A DNA stretch of 64,000 nt, from positions 15,528 through 79,527 of the forward strand of contig JBBREP010000004.1 of NCBI GenBank assembly GCA_038202885.1, in the 5' to 3' direction. A program made the translations under genes and the position numbers. Shown piece after piece: positions 30,975-39,576 of the stretch. The notes under the pieces were generated by a model, which worked only from the letters and a program-made list of their open reading frames with translations, searched no databases and was not told where the DNA came from. The DNA is from Acidimicrobiia bacterium. Lineage in GTDB: Bacteria > Actinomycetota > Acidimicrobiia > IMCC26256 > PALSA-610. Numbering within the stretch: the first letter of the stretch is position 1; each line of letters opens with the position of its first letter.

Positions 30975-33026
30975 ATGACGGGCGTGGCGATCATTGTTGT
31001 CGTCGTTGTTGTGTGTGTCGTACTCATGGTGTTTCTGTCGTTGCACAGCATCGGGCCGACCGAAATCGGCCTGGTGGTGAAACGGTTTTCGTTGAAAAAC
31101 ATCAAGGACGACAACCCGATCGCATTCCACGGCGAGGCAGGCTTCCAGGCCGATCTGTTGATGCCCGGATTGCGATTCAAGCTCTGGCCACTGTTCGGCG
31201 TCACGAAGTATCCGTGGGTGCAGGTGCCCGCCGGCGAGATCGCCGTCGTGGTTGCGCAGGTGGGTGAGCCGCTGCCGATCGGTGCCAAGAGCGCGCGGTA
31301 CGCCCCCGCGTTCGGCGATTTCTCGAACGTGCGCACGTTCATCACAGGCGGTGGCGGCAAGGGTGTGCAACGACCGGTGCTGCCTCCGGGAACACTGGTA
31401 CCGATCCACCCGGTGGCCTTCCTGGTCCTCACGATGCGCCAGGTGTACGGCGTGCCGGTCGCGCCCGAAATGCAGCAGCGCGCCAAGCAAACGGGCGGCG
31501 TGTTACGCAGCGAATCATTCGGCCTGTCGGCCGAACAGCTCCGGGTGATGGTCATCTCGCCGGTCGGACCGCAGGACATGGTGGGGATCGTCATCGCACT
31601 CGAAGGTGAGCCGCTGCACTCGGGCGACATCGCGAGTCGCCTCGGTGGTTTCGAGGATGTGGTCGCCGCCGAGCAGGTCGGCGCAACCGACGCCGACGTC
31701 ATCGAGCTGCTGCTGGGCAGCAAGAACACGTTGCACAACAACTACCAAGACTTCCAGCGGTTTCTCGACAACGGCGGCAAGATCGGTCTGCAGCACGACC
31801 CGCTGCTCTACGGCGCGTACCTGCTGAACCCGTTCCTGATCCAGGTCGAACTCGTTCCGATGCTCATCGTGAATCAGGGCGAAGTTGCAGTGGTGAAGGG
31901 CTACGTGGGCCTGCCCACCTCCGACACCTCGGGCGCTGAGTTCAAGTTCGGCGCGATCGTGCGCCCGGGCCACCGCGGCATCTGGCAGGAACCACTGCGC
32001 ACCGGCAAATATCCGATCAACCCGCGTGTGTACGCGGCCGAGATCGTGCCCACGTCGATTCTCACGCTCAACTGGAGCGACACCGTGAGCTCCGCGCACA
32101 GCCTCGACGCGAACCTGAAAGCGATCGACGGCAAGAGCCGCGAAGGTTTCGTGTTCACGATCGAGCTCCAAGTGCAGATCCACGTGCCCGACACGCATGC
32201 GCCCAAGGTGATCTCGATGGTGGGCACGATGCTCAACCTCGTGAACGAGGTGTTGCAGTCCGCCGTTGGCAACCACTTCCGCAACACCCTGCAAGACCTC
32301 GAAGCCGTCCGTTTCATCGAGACCCGCATGCAGGTGCAGCAGGCCGCGCTGGCAGCAGTGACGCAGTACCTGAGCGCGTACGAGGTCGAGACGAAGGGCG
32401 TATACCTCCAAGACGTCGTGTTCCCGCCCGAGCTTGTCGAGGTGTTGACCAAGCGCGAGATCGCGAACCAGGAAAAGGCAACGTTCGCCGAAGAAGAGCG
32501 CGCCCAAGTCGTGCGAATCCAGATGGAAAAGGCCAAGGGCACGGCCGAGATGCAAAAGACGCTCGCGAGTTCGCAGGTCGGCATCGACATCAAGGCGAAC
32601 GAGGCCCAAGCTCGCCAGGCAACGGCGCGAGGCGAAGCCGCCTATGTGGAGTTGACCGGTAAGGCCGAGGCAACCAGGACTGAAGCGATCGGTCTGGCGG
32701 AGGCCAAGGCGGTCGAGGCGCTCGGGCTGGCACGCGCCCAGGGCTTCGACGCGCAGCGCCGGGCGATCGGTGAGATGGCCACCGCACTCGTCGCGGTGGC
32801 GAACGCGGTCGCCGAAGGCCACATCACCGTGGTGCCCGAGGTTCTGGTCACCGGTGGTGGCGGCGCGCTCGACGGCCTCGCCGCAACGCTGATGCGCACC
32901 CTGCGCGGCACTGGCGGCCCGCCCGCGCCCGACGAAGCCGACAAGATCGACGAGCGCGAAGACCTACCGGTCCCAGCCGAAATGGTCGCGGCCGGCAAAG
33001 AGCTCAACACCCCCCACACAGCCTGA
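30975..33026 (+). CDS. flotillin-like SPFH/Band-7 family protein (long form, 683 aa)
   Basis: N-terminal TM 'VAIIVVVVVVCVVLMVFL', SPFH domain, then an EA-rich coiled coil 'EAQARQATARGEAAYVELTGKAEATRTEAIGLAEAKAVEALGLA'. Confidence 0.85.
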   Translation: MTGVAIIVVVVVVCVVLMVFLSLHSIGPTEIGLVVKRFSLKNIKDDNPIAFHGEAGFQADLLMPGLRFKLWPLFGVTKYPWVQVPAGEIAVVVAQVGEPLPIGAKSARYAPAFGDFSNVRTFITGGGGKGVQRPVLPPGTLVPIHPVAFLVLTMRQVYGVPVAPEMQQRAKQTGGVLRSESFGLSAEQLRVMVISPVGPQDMVGIVIALEGEPLHSGDIASRLGGFEDVVAAEQVGATDADVIELLLGSKNTLHNNYQDFQRFLDNGGKIGLQHDPLLYGAYLLNPFLIQVELVPMLIVNQGEVAVVKGYVGLPTSDTSGAEFKFGAIVRPGHRGIWQEPLRTGKYPINPRVYAAEIVPTSILTLNWSDTVSSAHSLDANLKAIDGKSREGFVFTIELQVQIHVPDTHAPKVISMVGTMLNLVNEVLQSAVGNHFRNTLQDLEAVRFIETRMQVQQAALAAVTQYLSAYEVETKGVYLQDVVFPPELVEVLTKREIANQEKATFAEEERAQVVRIQMEKAKGTAEMQKTLASSQVGIDIKANEAQARQATARGEAAYVELTGKAEATRTEAIGLAEAKAVEALGLARAQGFDAQRRAIGEMATALVAVANAVAEGHITVVPEVLVTGGGGALDGLAATLMRTLRGTGGPPAPDEADKIDEREDLPVPAEMVAAGKELNTPHTA

Positions 33027-33038
33027 CGCCCCCCAAAG

Positions 33039-33092
33039 CGGTTTTCCTCTTCACCCGACGGCGTGTAGCGCCGTCGGGTGCAATCAAACCGC
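33039..33092 (+). repeat. MIRU-like intercistronic repeat, copy B (perfect 12-bp stem cacccgacggcg/cgccgtcgggtg)
   Basis: Sequence cggttttcctcttcacccgacggcgtgtagcgccgtcgggtgcaatcaaaccgc, between the flotillin stop and the serine-hydrolase start. Confidence 0.7.
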
Positions 33093-33120
33093 GGGTCAAC
33101 ACACGCTGCGCCCGCCGCGC

Positions 33121-34275
33121 ATGTACGGTCGGCATGTGGATACTGACCTGGACATTGACAATGTGGAAGCGGCTGGCTTCGACCGGGAGAAGGTCGACGC
33201 GCTGGTGGCGCGAGCGCGCAAAGAGGTCGACGAGGAGCGGCTGCCGTCGTGTCAGTTCGCGCTCCTGCGCAACGGCGTGGTGGGTGCCGCGGCAACGTTC
33301 GGCGCGCCGAGCGATGCTCGCTATGTGATCTTTTCGGCCACGAAGGCCGTCGTGGCCTTCGCCACGTGGATCGCGATCGACGAGGGCCATATCCGCGTGG
33401 ATGCCAAGGTCGCCGACTACATCCCCGAGTTCGCCTCGAACGGCAAGGACGTCGTCACGGTCGAACAAGTGATGTTGCACACATCGGGGTTTCCGCACGC
33501 GCCGCTCGGTGCACCGCAGTGGGACACGCGCGAGGGTCGCCTCGCCGCGTTCGCGCGCTGGAGGCTCAACTGGGAACCGGGGACTCGCTTCGAATATCAC
33601 CCGACCTCGGCGCACTGGGTGCTCGCCGAGCTGATCGAGCGCGCCACAGCAACGCCGTACGCGTCGTTCGTTGCCGAACGCGTGGTGCAACCGCTCGGCC
33701 TGGCACGGCTGCAGCTTGGTGTTCCGCCGGCCGACCAGGACGACGTGATGGAACTGTCGAAGGTTGGCGAACTCGCGTCGCCCGATGAGTTGGAAGCTGC
33801 GATCGGAGTGCGCTCGCTCCCGATCTCGGAGGTGACGGCAGAGGTGTTGCTCCAGTTCAACCGGTCCGCGGACCGCGCGCTCGGCGTACCGGGTGGCGGT
33901 GGCATCTCCGATGCCGTCGATCTGGCGCGGTTCTACCAAGCGCTGCTCGCCGGCGGCGCTGGCCTGTTGTCGGCTTCGGCGATGTACGAATTCACCGTGC
34001 ACGTGCGCAACACCCTTCCCGACTACATGGGTACGCCCGCGAACCGCACGCTCGGCCTGGTGGTAGCGGGCGACGACGGACGCTCGTCGTTGCGCGGGAT
34101 GGGCAAAACCGTGTCGCCGCGCGCGTTCGGCCACAACGGCGCCGGCGGCCAGATCGCGTTCGCGGACCCCGACACCGGCATCTCGTTCGTCTATCTCACG
34201 AACGGGCTGGAACAGCACGTGCTGCGCGAAGGACGCCGCACCACCGCGATCGCGAGCCGCGCCGCCGTCTGCTGA
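33121..34275 (+). CDS. serine hydrolase, beta-lactamase/esterase family
   Basis: 'FSATKAVVAFA' S-x-x-K motif, 384 aa. Confidence 0.85.
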   Translation: MYGRHVDTDLDIDNVEAAGFDREKVDALVARARKEVDEERLPSCQFALLRNGVVGAAATFGAPSDARYVIFSATKAVVAFATWIAIDEGHIRVDAKVADYIPEFASNGKDVVTVEQVMLHTSGFPHAPLGAPQWDTREGRLAAFARWRLNWEPGTRFEYHPTSAHWVLAELIERATATPYASFVAERVVQPLGLARLQLGVPPADQDDVMELSKVGELASPDELEAAIGVRSLPISEVTAEVLLQFNRSADRALGVPGGGGISDAVDLARFYQALLAGGAGLLSASAMYEFTVHVRNTLPDYMGTPANRTLGLVVAGDDGRSSLRGMGKTVSPRAFGHNGAGGQIAFADPDTGISFVYLTNGLEQHVLREGRRTTAIASRAAVC

Positions 34276-34333
34276 GCACATGGCTGGCTGGCCTACAGAG
34301 CAGGGGTGCTGCCGCCCCGATACTGTGCGCGCC

Positions 34334-35872
34334 ATGAAGGTTGCCTTGACGGTCAACGATTTCCTGGAGCGCGCCGAGCTTGTGTACGGCAACCGGATCG
34401 GGCTCATCGACGAGCCGGATCAGCCGGCGCCGTCGTGGGGTTCGCTCACCTGGCGTGACGTGGCGGCGCGGGCGCGAGCCCAGGCCGCCGGGCTCGACGC
34501 GCTCGGTATCGACGAAGGCGAGCGCGTCGCCATCGTGTCGCACAACTCGGCTCGCCTGATGACGTCGTTCTTCGGAGTGGCCGGATCGGGTCGGATTCTC
34601 GTGCCGATCAACTTCCGGCTCAACGCCGAAGAGATCGGCTACATCGTCGAGCATTGCGGAGCGTCGATGTTGCTCATCGACCCAGAACTCGTTGCGGCGC
34701 TGGGCTCGGTGGACGCGCCGCACCGCTTCGTCATCGGTGCCGAAGCCGACGAACAGCTGTATCGCTACGACCGCGAGCCACGCGGCTGGAGCCGGCCCGA
34801 CGAGGATGCGACTGCGACGATCAACTACACGAGTGGCACGACCGCCCGACCGAAGGGCGTGCAACTCACGCACCGTAATGTGTGGCTCAACGCGACCACG
34901 TTCGGCTGGCAGACCGGCGTGAACGATCGTGACGTGTTGCTGCACACTCTGCCGATGTTCCATTGCAACGGCTGGGGGATGCCGTTTGCAGTCACCGGCA
35001 TGGGCGGTACCCACGTAGTGCTGCGCAAGATCGACGGTGCCGAGGTGCTACGTCGCGTCGCGGCGCATGACGTCACGCTGATGTGTGGCGCGCCCGCCGT
35101 GGTGTCGGCTGTGCTCGATGCCGCGACTGAGTGGGACGGCGCGATTCCCGGCGCTGGTCGCACGCGCATCGTCGTTGCGGGCGCACCGCCACCGACGCGC
35201 ACGATCGAACGGGTCGAGACCGAGCTCGGGTGGGAGTTCATTCAGATCTATGGCCTCACCGAAACCGCGCCGTTGCTCACGATGAATCGCAGCCGTGCTG
35301 AGTACGACGAGCTCGCGCCGGCCGCCCGGGCCGCGAAGCTCGGCCGGGCCGGAGCGCCGGCGATCGGCGTCACGGTGCAGATCGACGACGAGGGTGAGGT
35401 GCTCGCCCGCTCGAACGTCGTCATGGAGGGGTACTGGCAACAGCCCGAGGCCACCGCCGACGCGATCGTCGACGGTTTCTTCCACACCGGTGACGGTGGG
35501 ATGATCGACGACGAGCACTACCTTTCGATCCTCGACCGCAAGAAGGACGTGATCATCTCGGGCGGTGAGAACGTGTCGTCGATCGAGGTCGAAGACTGCG
35601 TGTTCTCGCACACCGCGGTTGCCGAGGTCGCCGTGATCGGCGTGCCGCACGAGAAGTGGGGCGAGACCGTGATGGCGCTCGTCGTACTGGCGCCGGGCTC
35701 GTCGGCGACCGAGGCCGAGATCATCGCGCACTGCCGGGAGCACCTCGCGCACTACAAGTGCCCGACATCGGTCGAGTTCCGTACCGAACTCGCACGCACG
35801 GCAACGGGCAAGCTGCAGAAGTTCAAGCTCAGGGCCGCGTTCTGGGAGGGTCGCGAACGGCTCGTGAATTGA
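34334..35872 (+). CDS. acyl-CoA synthetase (AMP-forming, FadD-like)
   Basis: 'YTSGTTARPKGV', 'YGLTETAP', 'GEN...K' motifs. ATG at 34334. Confidence 0.85.
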   Translation: MKVALTVNDFLERAELVYGNRIGLIDEPDQPAPSWGSLTWRDVAARARAQAAGLDALGIDEGERVAIVSHNSARLMTSFFGVAGSGRILVPINFRLNAEEIGYIVEHCGASMLLIDPELVAALGSVDAPHRFVIGAEADEQLYRYDREPRGWSRPDEDATATINYTSGTTARPKGVQLTHRNVWLNATTFGWQTGVNDRDVLLHTLPMFHCNGWGMPFAVTGMGGTHVVLRKIDGAEVLRRVAAHDVTLMCGAPAVVSAVLDAATEWDGAIPGAGRTRIVVAGAPPPTRTIERVETELGWEFIQIYGLTETAPLLTMNRSRAEYDELAPAARAAKLGRAGAPAIGVTVQIDDEGEVLARSNVVMEGYWQQPEATADAIVDGFFHTGDGGMIDDEHYLSILDRKKDVIISGGENVSSIEVEDCVFSHTAVAEVAVIGVPHEKWGETVMALVVLAPGSSATEAEIIAHCREHLAHYKCPTSVEFRTELARTATGKLQKFKLRAAFWEGRERLVN

Positions 35873-36840
35873 GCGAGCATCGGCGGCGGTTCACGACACC
35901 GTTTCCTGTCGATCTCGCAGGCAATCTCGGGCCGATCTGGCGAGGCCGCGGTGACCCGACGTGCCGTCTCCAGGCTACGGAAGTGTGGCGCGCACAGCAC
36001 ACGCCGCTCGGGCCAGCAACCGTGCATGTGCGCGTCGAGGCGGACGCCCGAACGGTGCATGCGCGCGCGTGGGGCGACGGTGCCGAGTGGTCGATCGCGC
36101 ACGCCGACGATCTCGTCGGCGCCTCCGATGATCCGCACGCGTTTCAACCGTCTGATCCCATGCTTCGCTCACTTGTCGCGCGCCTCCCGCGCCTTCGTCT
36201 CGCGCGCACCGTTGCTGTCTACGACATAGCGGTCGCGGCGGTCATCGATCAGCGCGTGAGCGGGCGTGAAGCGCGCGGCACATGGAACGCGCTCGTGCGG
36301 CGTTTCGGTACGCCCGCACCCGGGCCAACCACTGGTCGACCGCCAGGACTGCGTTTGTTGCCGTCGCCCGATGTGCTTGCGGGGCTTGGTGATGCGGCGC
36401 GCCGCACGCTCGGGCTCGAAATGCGACGTGGAGTCGCGCTCTCGTCGGTCGCGGCCGATGCCCGCGGCCTCGAGCGCGCCGCGACGCTGGGTGCCGACGT
36501 ACTCGATCGCCGACTCCAGTCCATCGCCGGGGTGGGCGTGTGGACCTCGGCGACGGTGCGGGCGTACGCGCTCGGCGACACTGACGCGCTGCCCCTCGGC
36601 GACTGGCACCTGCCCCACGAGATCGGTGCGGCCTTGGCTGGTGAACGGCGCGCCGACGACGCGCGGATGGTCGAACTGCTGGAGCCGTATCGTCCGCAGC
36701 GATTCCGAGTCGTTCGCCTCGTGCTTGCGTCGGGCGCAACGCTGGCGCGTCGAGCGCCTCGGGCCGAGATTCCCGACCTCTTGCGCAAGGAGGCCACCGG
36801 GCGCCCGTTCACGGTTCGTCGGCGGTTGCGCTTCGAGTGA
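35869..36840 (+). CDS. HhH-GPD DNA glycosylase (AlkA-like 3-methyladenine glycosylase II)
   Basis: 'LQSIAGVGVWTSATVRAYALGDTDALPLGDWHL' helix-hairpin-helix GPD motif with the catalytic Asp. The start is uncertain (TTG at 35869 or a downstream GTG). Confidence 0.65.
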   Translation: MSEHRRRFTTPFPVDLAGNLGPIWRGRGDPTCRLQATEVWRAQHTPLGPATVHVRVEADARTVHARAWGDGAEWSIAHADDLVGASDDPHAFQPSDPMLRSLVARLPRLRLARTVAVYDIAVAAVIDQRVSGREARGTWNALVRRFGTPAPGPTTGRPPGLRLLPSPDVLAGLGDAARRTLGLEMRRGVALSSVAADARGLERAATLGADVLDRRLQSIAGVGVWTSATVRAYALGDTDALPLGDWHLPHEIGAALAGERRADDARMVELLEPYRPQRFRVVRLVLASGATLARRAPRAEIPDLLRKEATGRPFTVRRRLRFE

Positions 36841-36862
36841 GCCTTGTGCGTATTGCCCCGCG

Positions 36863-36908
36863 CCGGACGTGCAAGCCGGACGTGCAAGCCGGACGTGCAA
36901 GCCGGGGG
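36863..36908. repeat. 13-nt tandem repeat (ccggacgtgcaag) x 3.5 in the intergenic region
   Basis: Reads cgccGGACGTGCAAGccGGACGTGCAAGccGGACGTGCAAGccggggg, between the glycosylase stop (36840) and the ATG at 36985. Confidence 0.8.
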
Positions 36909-36984
36909 CGGCGTTTGGGCCCGGTGGTCAGGAGCCAGCAAGCGGGGTACTGTTTGCATTCATCGTGCAACCCCGGGGGAACGC

Positions 36985-38103
36985 ATGAACCCACGTAAGA
37001 CCGGCACCGCCATGGTGCTTGCTGGCGCCGCGACGCAAGCCGTCGGAATGCTGTGGGAGGCGATCCGTCGTTCGGGCGCGTCGGCCAAGAGCACCGACCT
37101 GTTCGACCTCGGTGTCGCGGCCCACGCGCTGTTCTTCGCCGGCATCGCAGTGGTGGTGCTCGGCGCGGCGATGATGTTCCTCGGCCCCATCCTCTACGCG
37201 CCGGGCGCGCAACCAGGCCGGCGCTTCGCGCAATTGCTCGCGCCCGTCGTCGCGTTCGCTGGCATCGCGGGTTGCGCGTCGGCTGCCGATCGGTCGGCAA
37301 CTCCGATCGCCGTGCGCGCAGCAAACAGCAGCGGCAAGCTGGCCGCAGGCGCTCCCGCAGCGTCGGTGGCAAGTCCACCCACGACCGCGCACGTGCACGA
37401 TCACGGCTCGATCATCGCCGGTACGGGCGTGGGCGATTCGCCCTGCGAGAAGGCGTCGGTGAAGCCGGCCTCCCCAGGAGAGGTTGGCGACGGCACCGGC
37501 GGCGCCGCGAGCAACACCGATGCCGAAGGTGGCCACGGTCACCGCGGCATGCTCAAGCAGACGCCGTTGACGACCGCCGAACGCAAGTTGCTGATCACCC
37601 AGATGCAACAGGCGCGTAGCGTCGTTGCGAAGTATCCGACAGTCGCGGCCGGCGAGGCTGCGGGCTACCGACAGTCGACGGTCTTCGTGCCGTGCATCGG
37701 TGCGCACTACACGAACATGAAGCTCGTCACGCGCTTCGATCCTGCCGCGCCGTCGGAGTTGTTGTTCGACGGCACCTCGCCTGATTCCAAGATCGTCGGA
37801 CTCAGCTATCTCGTGTGGCACCCGGGTGGTCCGCCGGAGGGCTTCGCCGGCAAGAACGACCTGTTCCACCAGCACAACGCGAACGGCGGCCTGTGCTTGA
37901 AGGGTGGGCTGGTCATCGGCGGCGAAGCAATGAAGGTGTCCGACTGTGAGAAAGCTGGCGGCAAGAAGTCGTCGAAGCTCATGGCCGACGTCTACATGGC
38001 GCACGCCTGGGTTGCTCCCGGGTGGGAGTGCAGTTGGGGCGTGTTCGCAGGAGAGTGTCCCGAACTCGGCGGCAAACTCGGCGGCACCGCCTTCGATAAC
38101 TAG
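36985..38103 (+). CDS. membrane-anchored His/Cys-rich protein of unknown function
   Basis: ATG after GGGGGA. Three N-terminal TM helices, then 'HVHDHGS', 'GGHGHRG' and several Cys pairs ('WECSWGVFAGECPE'). Confidence 0.5.
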   Translation: MNPRKTGTAMVLAGAATQAVGMLWEAIRRSGASAKSTDLFDLGVAAHALFFAGIAVVVLGAAMMFLGPILYAPGAQPGRRFAQLLAPVVAFAGIAGCASAADRSATPIAVRAANSSGKLAAGAPAASVASPPTTAHVHDHGSIIAGTGVGDSPCEKASVKPASPGEVGDGTGGAASNTDAEGGHGHRGMLKQTPLTTAERKLLITQMQQARSVVAKYPTVAAGEAAGYRQSTVFVPCIGAHYTNMKLVTRFDPAAPSELLFDGTSPDSKIVGLSYLVWHPGGPPEGFAGKNDLFHQHNANGGLCLKGGLVIGGEAMKVSDCEKAGGKKSSKLMADVYMAHAWVAPGWECSWGVFAGECPELGGKLGGTAFDN

Positions 38104-38271
38104 TACCGCATCAGCAAACGTTTGCGGCGTTCTGGCGGCCGGACGACGCCGCTGTTTCGTCCTCGTCCTCGACGTAGGGCCCCGGCTATGCCATCGTCCT
38201 GCGTCCTTGCCTGCACCGCCGCCGACTCGCCACAACACTCGCAACGTTCACTGACACGGCACTCGATAGAT

Positions 38272-38973
38272 CTACTCCAGGGGTGACCAGCGGCTGGTGC
38301 GCAGGAGACGACTCTCCCAGTCGTCGCGCACGGCGAGCGCGTCGTGCATCCAGGTGCCCGGCGCCTGAACCTCGGGCGGTAGGTCGCGGGTGAACAAACC
38401 GGCGAGCCGTTCGGGGTAGAGCACCCGCTGCCACAGCACCACCTCTCGACGGCGTGGCGCGCCGAGTGCGGCCTGGAACACGGCGGCGAGTTCGAGCAGC
38501 GAACGCTCGGAATGTTCTTGGAGACTCGGCGCGTAGTGCGTGCGGGCCGCGTCGAGATACTCGTCGAGCTTTGCTTCATGGGGCCAGGCGCTGTCTTCCA
38601 TGAACAACGTCGGTGCGCGCTCGGCACCGTCGGTGGGGATGGCGTCGAGCGTGGGAAGCGGTGGCGACCACGGCACGGGGAGCAACAGTTTGCCGGTGAC
38701 GTCGTGACGCAACGTGTCGGCGTGTGCGGCCCACGCGCGCAGGTCGCCGTCCTGAACGCGGCGCGCGAGTCGTTCGTAGGCGTTGCCGTCGGCGAGTGCG
38801 GTGATCGTGACATGGAGATACGCGCGGTTGGTGCCGAACGCCAACTTGAGATGCCACGCGAGGCGTGCGTCGTCGCCGGTCGCGAGTGCAGCCATCCAAC
38901 CGTCGCGCACGTGGAGTTCGAACTCGTCATCTCGGCCGCCGACCAGGCGATGCACCTCATGCAACAACAACAT
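38272..38973 (-). CDS. hypothetical protein
   Basis: 233 aa, no recognisable motif. Confidence 0.45.
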   Translation of the reverse strand: MLLLHEVHRLVGGRDDEFELHVRDGWMAALATGDDARLAWHLKLAFGTNRAYLHVTITALADGNAYERLARRVQDGDLRAWAAHADTLRHDVTGKLLLPVPWSPPLPTLDAIPTDGAERAPTLFMEDSAWPHEAKLDEYLDAARTHYAPSLQEHSERSLLELAAVFQAALGAPRRREVVLWQRVLYPERLAGLFTRDLPPEVQAPGTWMHDALAVRDDWESRLLRTSRWSPLE

Positions 38974-39003
38974 GTACGAAAGTGTCGCACGCCAACGCCC
39001 ACC

Positions 39004-39047
39004 GATGCGTCGTTTGACCGCTGTATAGAGGGGTCAAACGACGCATC
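39004..39047. repeat. perfect 16-bp-arm palindrome overlapping the TGA stop of the UGSC gene
   Basis: Reads GATGCGTCGTTTGACC-gctgtatagagg-GGTCAAACGACGCATC. Its arms resemble those of the palindrome at 50293..50340. Confidence 0.8.
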
Positions 39048-39576
39048 AGGGTGGTGAGGGGGTGCGGGTGAGGGCGGCGATGAGGGCTGGGAAGGCGGCG
39101 TCGGCGAGCGCGCGGAGTTCGGCGTTGGTGCGGTCTTGAATCGGGTGCGCCACGAACACCGATGCGGGGTCGGCGCCGAGCGCAGCTGACTGTGCCGCGG
39201 CCGCGGTGATGAACTCGGTCGATGCCACGAACACGGTCGGTACGCCGACCGATTCGAGGTTGACGGTGTCGTGCACACTGCACGACGTGCATGAGCCTCA
39301 GTCGGCGAGCGCTTCGATCACCACGTCGCACTTCGCCGCGATCTCGTGTCGAAGGTCGACGGGCGCGGGCTTCGTGAACGTCGGTTTGGCGAACCGCTCG
39401 ACCGTGCTGCCGTGCTCGTGCAACAACTCCTCGAGCCGATCGAGGAACACGCTGCCGCGCGGTTTGCTGATGTCGAGCAACCCCACGCGCGTGCCGCGCA
39501 CGTGCGCGGGACGGCTCGCTCGCGTGCGCGTCAGCGCCGCTTGTTCTCCGGTGGGATCGAGGAGCACATGGGTCAT
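39046..39576 (-). CDS. UGSC-family selenoprotein candidate (in-frame TGA = Sec at 39298..39300)
   Basis: Track ORFs 39298..39576 and 39046..39276 are in the same frame, separated by a TGA. Read-through gives '...EALAD-U-GSCTSCSVHDTVNLE...' with the motif U-G-S-C. A hairpin lies 11 nt downstream. ATGA overlap with the upstream gene. Confidence 0.6.
39268..39286 (-). promoter_or_regulatory. candidate bacterial SECIS hairpin
   Basis: On the coding strand: UGA-ggcucaugcac-GUCGUGCA-gug-UGCACGAC. An 8-bp stem with its apical loop ~21 nt from the UGA. Confidence 0.5.
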
